Origin: Eledone cirrhosa
Taxonomy: Eukaryota
Assembly (NCBI GenBank): GCA_964016885.1
Contig: OZ024740.1
Location: 396,986,001 to 397,050,000 of the forward strand
Direction of reading: 5' to 3'
Length of the DNA stretch: 64,000 nucleotides
Below, one piece after another: positions 63,318 through 64,000 of this stretch; positions within the stretch are counted from its first letter, which is position 1, and the number at the start of each line of letters is the position of its first letter. Under the pieces are notes generated by a model, which had not been told where the DNA came from, did no database searches, and saw only the letters and a list, made by a program, of their open reading frames with translations. The translations under genes and the position numbers were made by a program.

Positions 63318-63571
63318 ATACTTATATACTTGTGTATATGTCATACTCTTTTCCATGAAATACGATGTGAAAAACTACTATGTAACATATCTACTGGACC
63401 TACTGAAGCTCGGTGTGCATGTCTGCTCTATCATTATTATACTAATTCTCTTCATATTATTGTGTTCTTCCATTCTGGCATGAATTGTACAGATCTTGTG
63501 TGTTGCCTTTCTTCTTGCTCCTGCATTTCAGGTGATAAACAAAATCTACCCAAAACAGACTTTACCATTTC

Positions 63572-63803
63572 TTAACCCTTTAGCATATACATTACTATCT
63601 ATATATACTATTACATATTTGTGGTAAAGGCCTTTATCTTACATAATTATCTTACATAATATCGAATCTACGAGATTTTAGTGTTATTTATTTTGAAAAC
63701 AATACCTCAATGTCAGTATGAGTGGCCAGTTATGACAAGTTTGAACAGAAAGAGGAGAGAGAATTCTGGCCAGATATGGCCAGTTTAAATGCTAAAGGGT
63801 TAA
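63572..63803. mobile_element. piggyBac-type MITE with TTAA TSD
   Basis: TTAA|CCCTTTAGCAT...ATGCTAAAGGG|TTAA. Degraded copies of another MITE ending ...GAAAGGGTTAA lie at about 10020-10290, 27720-27795 and 31780-32030. Confidence 0.88.
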
Positions 63804-64000
63804 GTCATTTTTGTTCTCCCTCTATAATGATTATGTCCCATCAGAGCAATTGGCTGTAAAAATTCATATTTTGCAGCTCTAATTACGTTGGAGACTGAAA
63901 GCTCCAATTGGCTGTTTAGATCCAGTTCGGATCATACACATTTTATCTTGTTTCACTGATTGTTGGTCATTGTAGGACAAAACTGTGACTGTTTTGTGGA

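Overview
AT-rich eukaryotic genomic DNA with no confidently identifiable host protein-coding gene, so most likely a large intron or intergenic region. The repeat landscape (tRNA-headed SINEs ending AGAAACA(ATT)n, RTE LINEs with (GAT)n tails, dense TA/CA/GA microsatellites) resembles an octopus or other coleoid cephalopod genome; this is an inference from recalled repeat families. Main contents: a 2.1 kb CAGCATA/CAGCCATC satellite at the left edge, two near-full-length RTE-clade LINEs (33.2-36.6 kb +, degraded; 53.7-57.0 kb -, nearly intact) that both carry a C4HC3 PHD-like finger inside the RT C-terminal region, 5'-truncated RTE copies, about ten copies of a young SINE, and remnants of BovB-like RTE, CRE-like, R4/Dong-like, mariner and piggyBac-type elements. 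Structures the annotation does not explain: (i) a ~6.8 kb spaced palindrome (42.1-48.9 kb) whose arm identity rises from roughly 70% inside to ~99% outside, with a third partial copy and filled versus empty SINE sites; (ii) three copies of a TA-targeting ~180 bp element ending in a hairpin that resembles a hammerhead ribozyme lacking its CUGANGA core; (iii) a 29-bp array of AAGTGAAAC (IRF/Blimp-1-like) motifs in the palindrome spacer. Identity values are estimates by eye and no database searches were run.
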